The notes under the pieces were generated by a model. The model was not told the origin of the DNA and ran no database searches. It saw only the letters and a list, made by a program, of their open reading frames with translations. Of a stretch of 64,000 bases of DNA, positions 1-10,179 are shown piece after piece. The translations under genes were made by a program, and so were the position numbers. The DNA is taken from NCBI GenBank assembly GCA_963664305.2, contig CAXXLV010000002.1, positions 1,568,001 through 1,632,000 of the forward strand. The letters run 5' to 3'. Source of the stretch: an uncultured Aliarcobacter sp. GTDB taxonomy: Bacteria > Campylobacterota > Campylobacteria > Campylobacterales > Arcobacteraceae. How positions within the stretch are numbered: position 1 is the stretch's first letter; each line of letters begins with the position of its first letter.

Positions 1-56
1 AATTTTCTTTATATATGTGTTTGTAGCACATAACTTTAATTTTACGGAGTCACGTT

Positions 57-173
57 ATGGATTTAACAGGTTTAGTTTTTAATACTTCTGATGCTATGGA
101 AGTTGGGGTTTTAGTTTTAATTGGTACTGGAGTAATCTGGGGTATTAGAAAAGCTATTGGTATGGCTAAGTAA
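57..173 (+). CDS. Probable major coat protein (pVIII-like, leaderless), 38 aa MDLTGLVFNTSDAMEVGVLVLIGTGVIWGIRKAIGMAK
   Basis: Hand-translated, not in track. GGAG RBS at 46-49; acidic N-terminus, hydrophobic core, basic C-terminus; followed at once by a terminator, as for Ff gene VIII. Confidence 0.78.
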   Translation: MDLTGLVFNTSDAMEVGVLVLIGTGVIWGIRKAIGMAK

Positions 174-200
174 GGGGGATTTTCTCCCTTATTTCTATTT
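171..200 (+). terminator. Intrinsic terminator after putative major coat gene
   Basis: TAAGGGGGA-ttt-TCTCCCTTA stem (one G-U) followed by TTTCTATTT. Confidence 0.75.
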
Positions 201-226
201 CTAAATTTTTTTATAAAGGTTTACAA

Positions 227-349
227 GTGGAAATATTACAAACTTTTACTATCTCTTTCTCTAACTTATCAATTCTTGGAACTGCTCTAATTTTATATCT
301 AGCTGTTCTTTGGTCTGTAAAAAAAACAATTGAAATAATCTGGGCTTAA
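227..349 (+). CDS. Small coat-like TM protein, 40 aa MEILQTFTISFSNLSILGTALILYLAVLWSVKKTIEIIWA
   Basis: Hand-translated. GTG start with AAAGGT RBS; single TM; shares W-x-[IV]-[RK]-K-x-I with ORF 57-173. Confidence 0.7.
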   Translation: MEILQTFTISFSNLSILGTALILYLAVLWSVKKTIEIIWA

Positions 350-350
350 T

Positions 351-494
351 ATGTATTCATCTACTGATATCGCAACTTATTTAAATCTTTCTTTACAAGA
401 TTATAGTTTTTTAATGGCTTTAACTGGTTCTTTGTGTGGTTTTACTTTTTTGTTCTTTGCTTGTTATTTAGCTATTGAAATTGGGAGAAAATAA
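351..494 (+). CDS. Small TM protein (minor virion protein, pVII/pIX-like), 47 aa MYSSTDIATYLNLSLQDYSFLMALTGSLCGFTFLFFACYLAIEIGRK
   Basis: Hand-translated; TAATATG junctions on both sides suggest translational coupling; one C-terminal TM plus basic tail. Confidence 0.7.
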   Translation: MYSSTDIATYLNLSLQDYSFLMALTGSLCGFTFLFFACYLAIEIGRK

Positions 495-495
495 T

Positions 496-666
496 ATGAA
501 ATTAGTTCTATTACTTTTAGTTTTTATTGTTCCATCTTTTGCAAATGATTTAATTATTGTTGCAATAACTCCAGATGATACTTTTAATTTTTTCTTTTCA
601 ATTTATGTAAATATATCTTTAGTTCTAGCTACTCTTTTTGGTGCTATGGCTCTTATTAGGTCTTAA
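496..666 (+). CDS. Small virion/membrane protein with signal peptide (56 aa)
   Basis: Start moved from 475 to ATG 496 (TAATATG junction, GGGAG RBS); MKLVLLLLVFIVPSFA signal plus C-terminal TM. Confidence 0.7.
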   Translation: MKLVLLLLVFIVPSFANDLIIVAITPDDTFNFFFSIYVNISLVLATLFGAMALIRS

Positions 667-668
667 TT

Positions 669-2125
<1,457 letters not shown>

Positions 2126-2129
<4 letters not shown>

Positions 2130-2539
2130 TTAATTTAATTTATGCTATTGGTACATATTTAATTACTAAGTTTGGAAAGACTGTTGCTCTTTCTATTATG
2201 TTTGCAACTAATAAAGCTTTGTTGTTTTCTTTAATAGTTTTGTTTATAACAACTCTTTTTAACCTTTTAATGACTACTTATGAAACTGTACAATCAATCT
2301 TCACTAAAATTGAATCTCTTGCTAATGGTTCTTCTATATCTGGATTATCTGATTGTTTTAATATTATTGTTTCATCAACAATCAATGCAACTGGTTTCTT
2401 TGAAGCTTTTAATGTTGTGGGTCCTACATTGTTTTTAGTTTACTTTACTTACTTCAATGTTTTTCTACTAGGTTTTTCTATTGATATCTATAGATTTATA
2501 GATAAATCTGTTACAGAATTTGCTCTTATTGTGAAGTAG
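2126..2539 (+). CDS. pVI-like hydrophobic minor coat protein
   Basis: 137 aa, multi-TM, start overlaps pIII stop, lies between pIII and pI. Confidence 0.72.
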
Positions 2540-2545
2540 TTTAAC

Positions 2546-3637
2546 ATGATTCAATTTTGTACGGGAATACCAGGAAGTGGAAAAAGCTATTATGGAATTT
2601 TTAATATAGCTATTCACTTTGCTAAAGATTTAAAAGATAATAAAAAATTTAAATCTTTTGCTCTTAGTGATACTAAATATAAAACTTGTTTAACTAACTT
2701 GAATGAGTTTAAATTTGAAAAATTTGATAATGTTAAAGAATTAGATTTTACTCAATTCAAAGTTATATTAACTAGATTACATAATCTTTATAAAATAGGT
2801 AAATCAGATACAGAATTACAAGAATATGTAAAAGATGAAGATTTCTTTAATACTTTGATTGTTTTTGATGAATGTCAAAATTTCTTAAATAAAGATGATG
2901 AAGTTCTAGTGTGGTGGCTTTCATATCATAGACATTTCCATCAAGATATTATATTAATTACTCAAGATTTACCTTTAGTTCATAAAAAATATAAATCTTT
3001 TACAGAGTTTTATTATAAAGCAATTCCAAGCTCTAGAAAACTTTTTAATTCTCACATGATTTACCATCAATTTACAGGACACCAATTATTCCAAACTCAA
3101 AAAGCTAATACTAAAAAATTACCTATTGTAAAAGAAATGTTTTCTTTATATGGTTCTGGAGAAAACAATAAACAAAAATCTCTTGTAGTTCACTTCTTAG
3201 TTTTTTCATTCTTCTTATTAATTCTTTTATTTATTTTTGCATATTTTTTTGTTTCTTCAATGACTAAAGATGAACCTAAAAAAGATAATAAACCTTTACC
3301 AGTTCAAACACATAATATTAATTCTATTCCAACACCAGTAAAAAAAATTGATGAATTTGAAAGTGCAACTTACTATGAAATATTTTGTAATAAAAATCTT
3401 TGTTTTGTAAATAACAATGTTTTTACTAGAGAATATTTATTAAATATCTTGAGTAAAGAATATAAAACAAGATTTATTCAAATTACTAAAAATAAATATT
3501 ATCTAGTGACTACCGATAAATATAACCTATTTGAAAAAAAGGAGAAAATTAAAGATGAAAATAGTATTAATTCTGGGTTTGATTTTAAGTTGTTTAATAG
3601 CCAACCCCAACCAACAACAGAACCTAAATCAAAATAA
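2546..3637 (+). CDS. pI / Zot-family morphogenesis ATPase
   Basis: Walker A GIPGSGKS, Walker B IVFDECQ, HRH...IILITQ motif, single TM then periplasmic tail. Confidence 0.93.
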   Translation: MIQFCTGIPGSGKSYYGIFNIAIHFAKDLKDNKKFKSFALSDTKYKTCLTNLNEFKFEKFDNVKELDFTQFKVILTRLHNLYKIGKSDTELQEYVKDEDFFNTLIVFDECQNFLNKDDEVLVWWLSYHRHFHQDIILITQDLPLVHKKYKSFTEFYYKAIPSSRKLFNSHMIYHQFTGHQLFQTQKANTKKLPIVKEMFSLYGSGENNKQKSLVVHFLVFSFFLLILLFIFAYFFVSSMTKDEPKKDNKPLPVQTHNINSIPTPVKKIDEFESATYYEIFCNKNLCFVNNNVFTREYLLNILSKEYKTRFIQITKNKYYLVTTDKYNLFEKKEKIKDENSINSGFDFKLFNSQPQPTTEPKSK

Positions 3638-4826
3638 TTTAGAGTATGTAGAAACTGATTTAAAATCTTTTTCTATTGAAGTATTATCTAGTTTAGATAA
3701 AACATTCATCATTCAAGATGATTTGCTAAAAGATATAGTTGTTTACTATAAACCAGAACAAAATAATCTTAACTTCTTAATTCAAGTTTTAAATAACAAT
3801 GATTATGAAATTAAGATATCTAATAATGTTTACTATATTTTAAAAAAGAAAGAGTTAGAAGTTCTAAAAGAGGATTTAGTTGTTAATACTATCCAACTTC
3901 ATAAAATAGATTTTGAATATATAAAAACTCTTTTTGCAGTTTATAAAGATATAGAATATACTTTTATTCCATCTTCTAAACTTTTAATTTTAAAATCTAC
4001 TCAAGCTGATTATGAAAATATTAAAAAGATTGTTTCTTATGTTGATAACACTCCAAAACAATTAAAAGTTAAAATCACTATTCTTGATACAAACCTAAAC
4101 AAAATAAAAGAGTATGGAACAGAATTAACTCAAAATATAAATCAATCATCTAATTTTTTCTTTAATCTTTTAGCATATCCTTTTCAAGTATCTAGTAATA
4201 TAAACTCTACTCAAAAAGATAATTTTACTTCATTTGTTAAACTTCTTAATCAAAATAAAATTACTGAACTTGTTGCAAGTCCAACTTTAACACTTTCAGA
4301 TAATGAAGCAGTTGCTTTTAATCTTGTAAAAAATATTCCTTATCTTTCAGGCTCTACAACTGTTGATGATAATAACACTAAAACAACAAATACATACACT
4401 TACAAAGATATAGGTTTAAAAATCTCAATTACACCTAAAATTTATAATGATGAAGTTCAAATTAACTTAGAACTTACAAGTGAGTCAATCTTGGATAGTT
4501 CAAACACTCCTAAAACTTCAAAATCATTTATTAAACAAGTTTTTTCATTAGCTAAAAATAGATTATTTGTTTTAACTGGTATCAATCAAACTCAAAAATA
4601 TGAAGATACTCAAAAGACTACTTTTTTAGGAGATATTCCTTTTTTAGGTTGGTTATTTAAAACAGATACAAATGATACAACTTCTTCAAATTTAACTATT
4701 TTACTTGAACTAATAAATGAAGATGATTACTCAACAAATGACTTTAATGTGATAGTTCCAAATAAAAAAATTCAATCTTTGGAACATGAAAAAAGAGTTA
4801 ATGAAATCTTAGGTTTGAAAAATTAA
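3555..4826 (+). CDS. pIV / GspD-like secretin
   Basis: Start at ATG 3555 (GGAG 3541-3544, signal MKIVLILGLILSCLIA); secretin motifs ASPTLTLSDNE, YKDIGLKISITPKI, FLGDIPFLGWLFK. Confidence 0.9.
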   Translation: MKIVLILGLILSCLIANPNQQQNLNQNNLEYVETDLKSFSIEVLSSLDKTFIIQDDLLKDIVVYYKPEQNNLNFLIQVLNNNDYEIKISNNVYYILKKKELEVLKEDLVVNTIQLHKIDFEYIKTLFAVYKDIEYTFIPSSKLLILKSTQADYENIKKIVSYVDNTPKQLKVKITILDTNLNKIKEYGTELTQNINQSSNFFFNLLAYPFQVSSNINSTQKDNFTSFVKLLNQNKITELVASPTLTLSDNEAVAFNLVKNIPYLSGSTTVDDNNTKTTNTYTYKDIGLKISITPKIYNDEVQINLELTSESILDSSNTPKTSKSFIKQVFSLAKNRLFVLTGINQTQKYEDTQKTTFLGDIPFLGWLFKTDTNDTTSSNLTILLELINEDDYSTNDFNVIVPNKKIQSLEHEKRVNEILGLKN

Positions 4827-4841
4827 TTTAAAGGTTAAAAA

Positions 4842-5045
4842 ATGAAACAATCAAGAATACTAAAAATGAAAATTCTTATTTTAAAAACAAATATTTTTAA
4901 AACTATTAAAGATTATGATTTAAAACCTTCTTTTATTTATCATCCTTTTACAAAACAGTTTATTGGAAAGTGTATTTTAGATTGCAAATTATTAGAATTA
5001 AAAAAATTAGAAAATGAATTAAAAAATTTAGCCACGACTTTTTAA
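4842..5045 (+). CDS. Hypothetical basic phage protein (67 aa)
   Basis: AAAGGT RBS; co-oriented; no recognisable motif. Confidence 0.55.
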   Translation: MKQSRILKMKILILKTNIFKTIKDYDLKPSFIYHPFTKQFIGKCILDCKLLELKKLENELKNLATTF

Positions 5046-5224
5046 ATCATAAAATTTAAAAAGTGTGGGAACTATTGGAAGATATCTAACCTATTAATGA
5101 ATATTTACCCAATAGTTTAACGAGCAAATGGTTTACCTTTTATAGGTTTTAAATTGAGTGGAGTAACAAAAACAACTTTCTCACAAGTGGCAGCTTGTCT
5201 GCCACTGTGAGGAAGTCTTGATTA
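5032..5224 (+). other. Phage intergenic origin region (hairpins plus candidate rolling-circle nick site)
   Basis: Hairpins at 5032-5068, 5070-5117 and GC-rich 5175-5216, then CTTGATTA at 5217-5224, directly upstream of rep. Confidence 0.7.
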
Positions 5225-5264
5225 CTTTTAAAAAAGTTACTACACCTAAATAGGAGAAATAGAA

Positions 5265-6578
5265 ATGTACGGAATTACTAAAGAAGATATCCAAGTTATT
5301 GATATAAAACTAGAAGAACAAAGAAAATATATTACAAGTAGATTTTTTGATTTTGGGGACGAGTCAAAGTCAGCTTTAGAGTTCACATACTCTGCAAACT
5401 TAAATCCTAAAAAGTATTTCGCAGAAATGAATAACAGAATTAACAGTATCTTTGATTATGCAAGGGAATTAAATTTAAAACCAGTATTTTGCACAATTAC
5501 AGCACCCTCAAAATATCACAAATGTAATGTAAATGGAGAGTTAAAAATCAATCCAAATGAAACAGCAAAAGAACTAACACAAATATTTAATAAATTTACA
5601 AATCTAAGGATTTTCCAAAAGATGAAAAAACAATTAGGACATGGGCTTATTTACTTTAGAGTTTATGAACCTCATAAATCAGGAGTTCCACATTTACACG
5701 CTATGTTATTTGTTCCAACTGATTATATACTAGATATAAAAAAGAAATTCTATGAATATTTTACAAATAAAGTAAAATGGGGAAATAATAGAAAATCTTT
5801 AGATTTTAAATATACTTGGTATAACTCTGCAGGTGGTGCAATAGCTTATATTATGAAGTATGTAACTAAGACTTTTAAAAATGAAAGTGATAAATCAACT
5901 CAATATGCTTCATATTGGTATATTAAACATAACATTAGAAGATTTCTTTGTTCAAGGACTTTAGCACCTCTTACAATTTATAGAAAAATTAGATACTTCT
6001 TTAAAAACCAAAAAAACGATTATCTAAAAGTTACTGAACTAATTAAGAATAATCAAATACATAGATTATTTGAAAATACAACTTACTCATATATGCGATT
6101 TAACTATGAAACTGGAGAAATTGAAGATATCACAGTTTGGCAAAAAAATACAGATTTAATTCTAAGAAGTAGAATAAAACTAAATGAAACTTTCAAACTA
6201 GAATATAAGAAAAAAGAACATAAAAAGGCTCTTTCTGTATTTGTAAATGACTTTGTAAAATATGTACATAGTGAAACTTTAAATAAATTTGTTTTACTTC
6301 CAGTAATACCAAGTAAACTAAAAGATTACCAACTAAATAACTATTACCATATTTTAGAAAATACAGATATTGATTCCCTTGATTTAGTACATTTTGAATT
6401 AGTTAAAAATGAAATGATTAAAAGAGGATTCCTAAATCAAACACCAACCAATATGAATGAATTTATAAAAGATTTTAATTTTAATCCCTTTATGAGTTCA
6501 ATCGAAAAAGTTAAATTTTCTAGAGTATTTGAACATGATTTAAACATTCCGTTTGTATCACATCAAAATTTATTTTAA
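5265..6578 (+). CDS. HUH rolling-circle replication initiator (P2 gpA-like)
   Basis: Motif I FCTITAPSKYH, motif II EPHKSGVPHLH, motif III YIMKY; AGGAG RBS. Confidence 0.9.
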   Translation: MYGITKEDIQVIDIKLEEQRKYITSRFFDFGDESKSALEFTYSANLNPKKYFAEMNNRINSIFDYARELNLKPVFCTITAPSKYHKCNVNGELKINPNETAKELTQIFNKFTNLRIFQKMKKQLGHGLIYFRVYEPHKSGVPHLHAMLFVPTDYILDIKKKFYEYFTNKVKWGNNRKSLDFKYTWYNSAGGAIAYIMKYVTKTFKNESDKSTQYASYWYIKHNIRRFLCSRTLAPLTIYRKIRYFFKNQKNDYLKVTELIKNNQIHRLFENTTYSYMRFNYETGEIEDITVWQKNTDLILRSRIKLNETFKLEYKKKEHKKALSVFVNDFVKYVHSETLNKFVLLPVIPSKLKDYQLNNYYHILENTDIDSLDLVHFELVKNEMIKRGFLNQTPTNMNEFIKDFNFNPFMSSIEKVKFSRVFEHDLNIPFVSHQNLF

Positions 6579-6667
6579 GGATTAAAAAAAGACAAAAAAG
6601 AGTTATTTTCTTGTTATTTTATTTTCAATAGTTATTTACTATTATAAATTAATATAAAGGAAAATTT

Positions 6668-6951
6668 ATGTCGTATGATTCTTTTAAAAATTTGGATTTA
6701 ATTCCAACTTTGTTAGAGAAACTTTTTTTTTAGAGGAAAAAATAAAATTATTGGAAAATAATCTTATTCAAACTCCTGATTTAACAAAAAGAAAAAATGT
6801 GAGAGAATATCTTGATATCTCTGAATCAACTTTAAATAATATGTTTAAAGATGGAAGATTAAAACAAGGTTATCACTATCATAAATCTTTTAAGAATAAT
6901 AGGATTAAGATTGTATTTGTAGAAAGTGCGATTAAGGAGTTGAAAAAATGA
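6668..6951 (+). CDS. HTH excisionase/regulator-like gene, split by a T9 tract (21-aa ORF 6668-6733 plus -1 frame to 6951)
   Basis: AAAGGA RBS before ATG 6668; HTH-like segment KNVREYLDISESTLNNMFKDG in the -1 frame; stop overlaps integrase start (ATGA). Confidence 0.72.
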
Positions 6952-7964
6952 CTTTTTCTAATCGTAATGGAAAATTATATGTTTCGATAAATGGTGTAAG
7001 AAAATCAACTAAATTAAAATATTCAAAAGAGAATATTAAAAAGTTTAAATCTTATTATCAAGATGAAGAGTTCTTTAACAAATTTAATATTAATAAATCT
7101 GTTCCAACTATTGTAGATTTATGTTATGAAGTTCTTGAGATAAAAGAAAAGCATTTAAAACGAAATTCTTATAGGTGTTATCTTGCTTTAATTGAAAGTA
7201 GAATAGTTCCATATTTTAAAAAAATGTATGTTACTGAATTAAAACCTATAGATGTTTATAACTGGTTTAATACTTTTAGTTCTTCTCAAACTTTAAATAT
7301 CTGCTATACAATCCTAAAAAGTGCTTTTGAAAGAGCTATTATAAAAAACTATATTTCTTCAAGTCCTTTTATAATTAAAAGACCTAAAATAAAAACAAAT
7401 TATAAAATTAATCCTTTCACTTTTGATGAAGCTAAAAAAATTATTGAATTTGCTCCACATAATTTAAAAAACTTTTTTGGTTTTGCTTTCTTTACTGGGG
7501 CAAGAACTGGAGAAATATTTGGTTTAAAGTGGAATAATGTAGATTTTGAAAACTTCAATATAAAAATTGATTCTCAAATTACAATGGGTTGTATAGATAC
7601 TCCTAAAACTTTATCTAGTGAAAGAGTTATTGATATGCTGCCACAATGTGAATATTACTTAAAAGAACAATTTAAAATTACTGGAGCTTATGAATTTGTT
7701 TTTTTAAATGAGCATAATAATTACTATACTTCGACTTCTGTTTTTAAACATATTTGGGTTCAGCTCCTTAAAGATTTAAAATTAGAATATAGAAGTGTTT
7801 ATCAAACAAGACACACTTTTGCTAGTAATATGATTTCAGGTGGAGAGAATCCTCTTTGGGTTTCACAAATGTTAGGACATAAATCTCTAAATACTACTTT
7901 AACTAAGTATTCAAGATATATAAAAAGAAATGAAATAAGAAAATATACATTTTTAGATTCTTAA
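6948..7964 (+). CDS. Tyrosine recombinase / phage integrase
   Basis: TGARTGE (R), PKT (K), YQTRHTFAS, MLGH, KYSRY (Y). Confidence 0.93.
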   Translation: MTFSNRNGKLYVSINGVRKSTKLKYSKENIKKFKSYYQDEEFFNKFNINKSVPTIVDLCYEVLEIKEKHLKRNSYRCYLALIESRIVPYFKKMYVTELKPIDVYNWFNTFSSSQTLNICYTILKSAFERAIIKNYISSSPFIIKRPKIKTNYKINPFTFDEAKKIIEFAPHNLKNFFGFAFFTGARTGEIFGLKWNNVDFENFNIKIDSQITMGCIDTPKTLSSERVIDMLPQCEYYLKEQFKITGAYEFVFLNEHNNYYTSTSVFKHIWVQLLKDLKLEYRSVYQTRHTFASNMISGGENPLWVSQMLGHKSLNTTLTKYSRYIKRNEIRKYTFLDS

Positions 7965-8140
7965 ATCCAATTTTTTAACAGTTTAAAATTAGGGATTGTT
8001 TTTTGGGGATTTTGTAGTTAATAAATAGTTGATTTTTTGTAAATAAATTGCAAGTTTGTAAAATAATTTTTAGAAAATTTTTTTATATTTTATAAATTTA
8101 AAAATTTAGCTTAAAAAAGCTTTAAATTTTCTATTTTTTA

Positions 8141-8181
8141 TGATACAATTCCGACCAAATTTAAATTTAACTTAAATTTAA
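8141..8181 (+). promoter_or_regulatory. Extended -10 (TGaTACAAT) and tandem TTAAATTTAA operator-like repeat
   Basis: 8141-8149; TTAAATTTAA at 8161-8170 and 8172-8181. Confidence 0.5.
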
Positions 8182-8189
8182 GGAAAAAT

Positions 8190-8879
8190 ATGAGAATTTT
8201 GATTATTGAAGACGAAATTACACTAAACAGAACATTACAAGAAGGTCTAACTGACTTTGGATATCAAGTTGATACTGCAGAAAACTATAAAGATGCAGAA
8301 TATTTCATTGATATTAGAAACTATGACTTAGTATTAACAGATTGGATGTTACCAGATGGTGATGGTATTGAACTTTGCAAAATTGTAAAAAATAGAAGTT
8401 CAAGAACAGCTGTTGTTATAATCTCAGCTAGAGACGATAAAGAATCAGAAATTGAAGCATTAAAATCTGGTGCAGATGATTTTATTAAAAAACCATTTGA
8501 TTTTGACATTTTACTTGCAAGAATTGAAGCAAGATTAAGATTTGGTGGAACAAACGTAATCGAAATTGATGATTTAGTAATTAATCCTGATGAAGAAAAA
8601 ATTGAATATGCTGGTGAAGAGATTGAATTAAAAGGTAAACCTTTTGAAGTTTTAACTCACTTAGCAAGACACAGAGACCAAATTGTTTCTAAAGAGCAAT
8701 TATTAGATGCAATCTGGGAAGAACCAGAATTAGTTACTCCAAACGTTATTGAAGTTGCGATTAACCAAATTAGACAAAAAATGGATAAACCATTAAATAT
8801 CTCTACTATTGAAACTATCAGAAGAAGAGGATATAGATTCTGTTATCCAAATGCTGCGGAAGAAACTAAATTAAAATAA
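8190..8879 (+). CDS. hsrA: OmpR-family response regulator, HsrA/HP1043/CosR-like
   Basis: REC domain (LTDWMLP) plus winged helix; KGKPFEVLTHLARHRDQIVSKEQLLDAIWEEPELVTPNVIEVAINQIRQKMDKPL is typical of this family. Confidence 0.88.
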   Translation: MRILIIEDEITLNRTLQEGLTDFGYQVDTAENYKDAEYFIDIRNYDLVLTDWMLPDGDGIELCKIVKNRSSRTAVVIISARDDKESEIEALKSGADDFIKKPFDFDILLARIEARLRFGGTNVIEIDDLVINPDEEKIEYAGEEIELKGKPFEVLTHLARHRDQIVSKEQLLDAIWEEPELVTPNVIEVAINQIRQKMDKPLNISTIETIRRRGYRFCYPNAAEETKLK

Positions 8880-8901
8880 TTTCTCTGTACGGTATTTAAA
8901 A

Positions 8902-10179
8902 ATGGAAAGCAAAAGTATTTATAGACAATTTTATAATAAATTGATTATAGCTACTTCGCTTTTTATTATTGCTCTCTCTTTTATTTTTTATGAATACGCA
9001 AGAAGCACTGTTTATGATGACATCCAAGAAAATATGATTGGACAAGCAAAACAAATCCAAAAAAACTACATTTCTCCTGATAAATTTACTTCTGTAAAAA
9101 CACAATTTCAAAGTATTGATATAGTTAAAAATGTTGAACTTCAAGATATTAAATTTTTTAATTATCAAATGGGTGGAAAATATTATATAAAACTACTATA
9201 TCCATTTAATCTAGAAAATGGAGAATTTTTACAAATTATAAAAAATATCAGTTTAGAAAGAGAACTTTTATACTCTGTTATTTTTAAAAATCTTTTTATT
9301 TTGGCAATTCCTGGTTTTATTTTAATGCTTTTATACTCTTTAGTGGTTTCTAAATCACTTTTAAAACCAATTATGCAAATAAATAAAAAACTTGCAAATA
9401 TGGATGAACACTCTTTATCTCAAATTGATACAAAAGATTTACCTATTGAATTTCACTCTTTAGCAAACTCTATTAACTCTTTAACAAATAGAATAGGTAC
9501 TTATGTAAAATTTAAAAAAGAGTTATTTATAGGTGCTGCACATGAGCTTAAAACACCACTTGCAGTTATGAAATTAAAAAATGAAGTTACATTAAAGAAA
9601 AAAAGAGAAATTGAACAATACGAAGAGACTTTAAGACTTACGATAAAATCAATTGATGATATGAATATTATGATTTCATCTATTTTAGATATAGGAAGAA
9701 CAGAAGGTGCTCAGTTTGAACAAACGACAGAAATAGACTTAGTTGAGTATATCAAGAAAAAAGCAAATGACTATAGAATGTTAAGTGCTCAAAAAAATAT
9801 TATAATCACATTTTTTTCAAATATAAACCATCTAAATACTTCTATTCAAGTAACACTATTTAATCAAATATTACAAAATTTTGTACAAAATGCTATTAAG
9901 TTTACTCCAAATGAAAAAACAATAGATATTAGACTTAGAAAAACAAAAAAAGAAATTATCATTACTGTAACTGATGAAGGTATTGGAATTGATGAGAATA
10001 TTGATTTGTTTGCACCATTTAAAAGAGTTGGAAATCAAAGTGGTGTTGGATTAGGATTATTTCTTGCTAAAAATGCAGCTGATGCATTAAGAGCAAATAT
10101 TAGTATAAAAAATAGAGAAGATGGAAAATCAGGATGTGTTGCTAAACTTGTACTTAACAACACATCAAAAAATGATTAA
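8902..10179 (+). CDS. Sensor histidine kinase
   Basis: Two TMs, HAMP, H-box AHELKTP, N-box NAIKF, DEGIG, GVGLGL. Confidence 0.93.
   Translation: MESKSIYRQFYNKLIIATSLFIIALSFIFYEYARSTVYDDIQENMIGQAKQIQKNYISPDKFTSVKTQFQSIDIVKNVELQDIKFFNYQMGGKYYIKLLYPFNLENGEFLQIIKNISLERELLYSVIFKNLFILAIPGFILMLLYSLVVSKSLLKPIMQINKKLANMDEHSLSQIDTKDLPIEFHSLANSINSLTNRIGTYVKFKKELFIGAAHELKTPLAVMKLKNEVTLKKKREIEQYEETLRLTIKSIDDMNIMISSILDIGRTEGAQFEQTTEIDLVEYIKKKANDYRMLSAQKNIIITFFSNINHLNTSIQVTLFNQILQNFVQNAIKFTPNEKTIDIRLRKTKKEIIITVTDEGIGIDENIDLFAPFKRVGNQSGVGLGLFLAKNAADALRANISIKNREDGKSGCVAKLVLNNTSKND

Noticed and set aside
2546..3637. Calling the Zot-family gene an enterotoxin
   Set aside because: Context shows a phage assembly ATPase; no sequence evidence for toxin activity
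6579..8189. dif/XerH site or tRNA 3' fragment as att site
   Set aside because: No convincing match seen; the element encodes its own integrase and the left junction is out of view
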